Shown: positions 63,366 through 64,000 of the stretch, one piece after another
Numbering within the stretch: the first letter of the stretch is position 1
Layout of the letters: every line of letters starts with the position of its first letter
NCBI GenBank assembly: GCA_013003535.1
Contig: JABDIY010000097.1
Span: 11,970-75,969 of the forward strand
Direction: 5' to 3'
From: Acidimicrobiales bacterium
Lineage (GTDB): Bacteria > Actinomycetota > Acidimicrobiia > Acidimicrobiales > SZUA-35
DNA: 64,000 nt
The notes under the pieces: generated by a model
The model's database searches: none
What the model saw: only the letters and a program-made list of their open reading frames with translations
What the model was told of the DNA's origin: nothing
Position numbers and translations under genes: made by a program

Positions 63366-64000
63366 CTAGCGAGCAGCGCGCACTCCGGCCTGAAAGAGAG
63401 GTAGACAATTGCCGGTACCGCTGCGTCCTCGCAATGGATCCTGGCGCTGCAGAACATGGTTTTCCGGGTGCGGCATCATCCCGAGGATCAAGCCCGTTGG
63501 ATCGGTGACCCCGGCGACATTGCCTGCTGAACCGTTGGGGTTGGCCGGATACCCGTCACCGGCATATCGCAAGACCACACCGTTCCGCTCTTCGATCGTG
63601 TCCAGCCGGCTCGCAACAAATTTGCCTTCGCCGTGAGCCACTGGGCACCGCAACGGCTCATCCAGCTCCACCGTCCAGACACTGGCTGGGCCAGGATCCA
63701 GGGTTACCCAGCGACACTCGAAGCGCCCAGATTCATTGTGGGCCAATGTTGCCACCCCAGCATCCCCGCTGTCGCCCGGGAGCAGCCCGGTCCGGACGAG
63801 GGCTTGGAAACCATTGCAAATGCCAATAATCGGTTTCCCTGCCGCTACCGCCTCGCGGAGCTGATCAGCGAACCAACCGATGAGATCGAGGCCGAGGAGG
63901 CGACCGGCGCCGAGAGCGTCGCCGTAACTGAACCCTCCCGGAACTGCAAGCATCTGGAAGTCACGAAGCCGGACGACGCCGTTTCGGATGTCGGCCAGCG
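63366..64000 (-). CDS. purQ: Phosphoribosylformylglycinamidine synthase glutaminase subunit (5' end beyond window)
   Basis: PGGFSYGD, the nucleophile context GICNGFQAL, and MPHPE. The frame stays open from 63953 to the window edge. Confidence 0.85.
   Translation of the reverse strand, partial: LADIRNGVVRLRDFQMLAVPGGFSYGDALGAGRLLGLDLIGWFADQLREAVAAGKPIIGICNGFQALVRTGLLPGDSGDAGVATLAHNESGRFECRWVTLDPGPASVWTVELDEPLRCPVAHGEGKFVASRLDTIEERNGVVLRYAGDGYPANPNGSAGNVAGVTDPTGLILGMMPHPENHVLQRQDPLRGRSGTGNCLPLFQAGVRAAR

Noticed and set aside
1-64000. Search for mobile elements, prophage, genomic-island boundaries, and tRNA or rRNA genes.
   Set aside because: No transposase, integrase, recombinase or phage-like ORFs were found. 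No tRNA-like cloverleaf is evident in any intergenic gap, and the largest gaps are only about 90-185 nt. Composition looks uniform apart from short AT-rich promoter patches.

Overview
The window is GC-rich and densely coding, and looks like the core chromosome of an Actinomycetota-like bacterium. That assignment is inferred from gene content and synteny: gatCAB, a PASTA-domain PknB-type kinase, a fused Ada-AlkA next to Ogt, a SARP regulator, and ATP-grasp/alpha-E/transglutaminase cassettes.

I support about 55 protein-coding genes. I saw no rRNA, tRNA, CRISPR array, transposase, integrase or prophage signature.

Housekeeping content:
- lon, gatC-gatA-gatB, cysS, valS, modABC and serB.
- A long minus-strand purine run, purC-purE-purF-(purD::purM fusion)-purN-guaB, with a partial purQ at the 3' edge.
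- An operon of an ArsR-methyltransferase fusion, metF and metH.
- An adaptive-response block of ada/alkA and ogt.

Accessory content:
- Two consecutive ABC-2 ATPase/permease pairs followed by a MATE exporter.
- An ECF sigma factor with a large anti-sigma-like membrane protein.
- Secreted hydrolases.

Candidates I consider most worth follow-up:
1. 50610-56567: a translationally coupled cassette with a circularly permuted ATP-grasp and an alpha-E protein, present once as two genes and once as an 852-aa fusion, plus a transglutaminase-like protease. Its product is unknown. A further orphan transglutaminase-like gene lies at 62417-63274.
2. 26066-28963: a 965-aa protein that joins an intact HD-GYP phosphodiesterase module to a Thr/Pro-rich, Ig/cadherin-like and lamin-tail-domain region.
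3. 44936-47404: an uninterrupted bacterial PurD::PurM fusion followed by purN, which is the domain order of eukaryotic GART.
4. Several short regulatory-looking DNA motifs: a perfect palindrome upstream of lon, direct repeats 22 bp apart beside the SARP gene, an inverted repeat in an AT-rich patch upstream of the ArsR-MTase/metF/metH operon, and a start-codon-proximal hairpin before purC.

All functional calls come from motifs recognised by eye in the supplied translations. No database search was run. Many listed ORFs were trimmed to internal starts where the long version overlapped the upstream gene.
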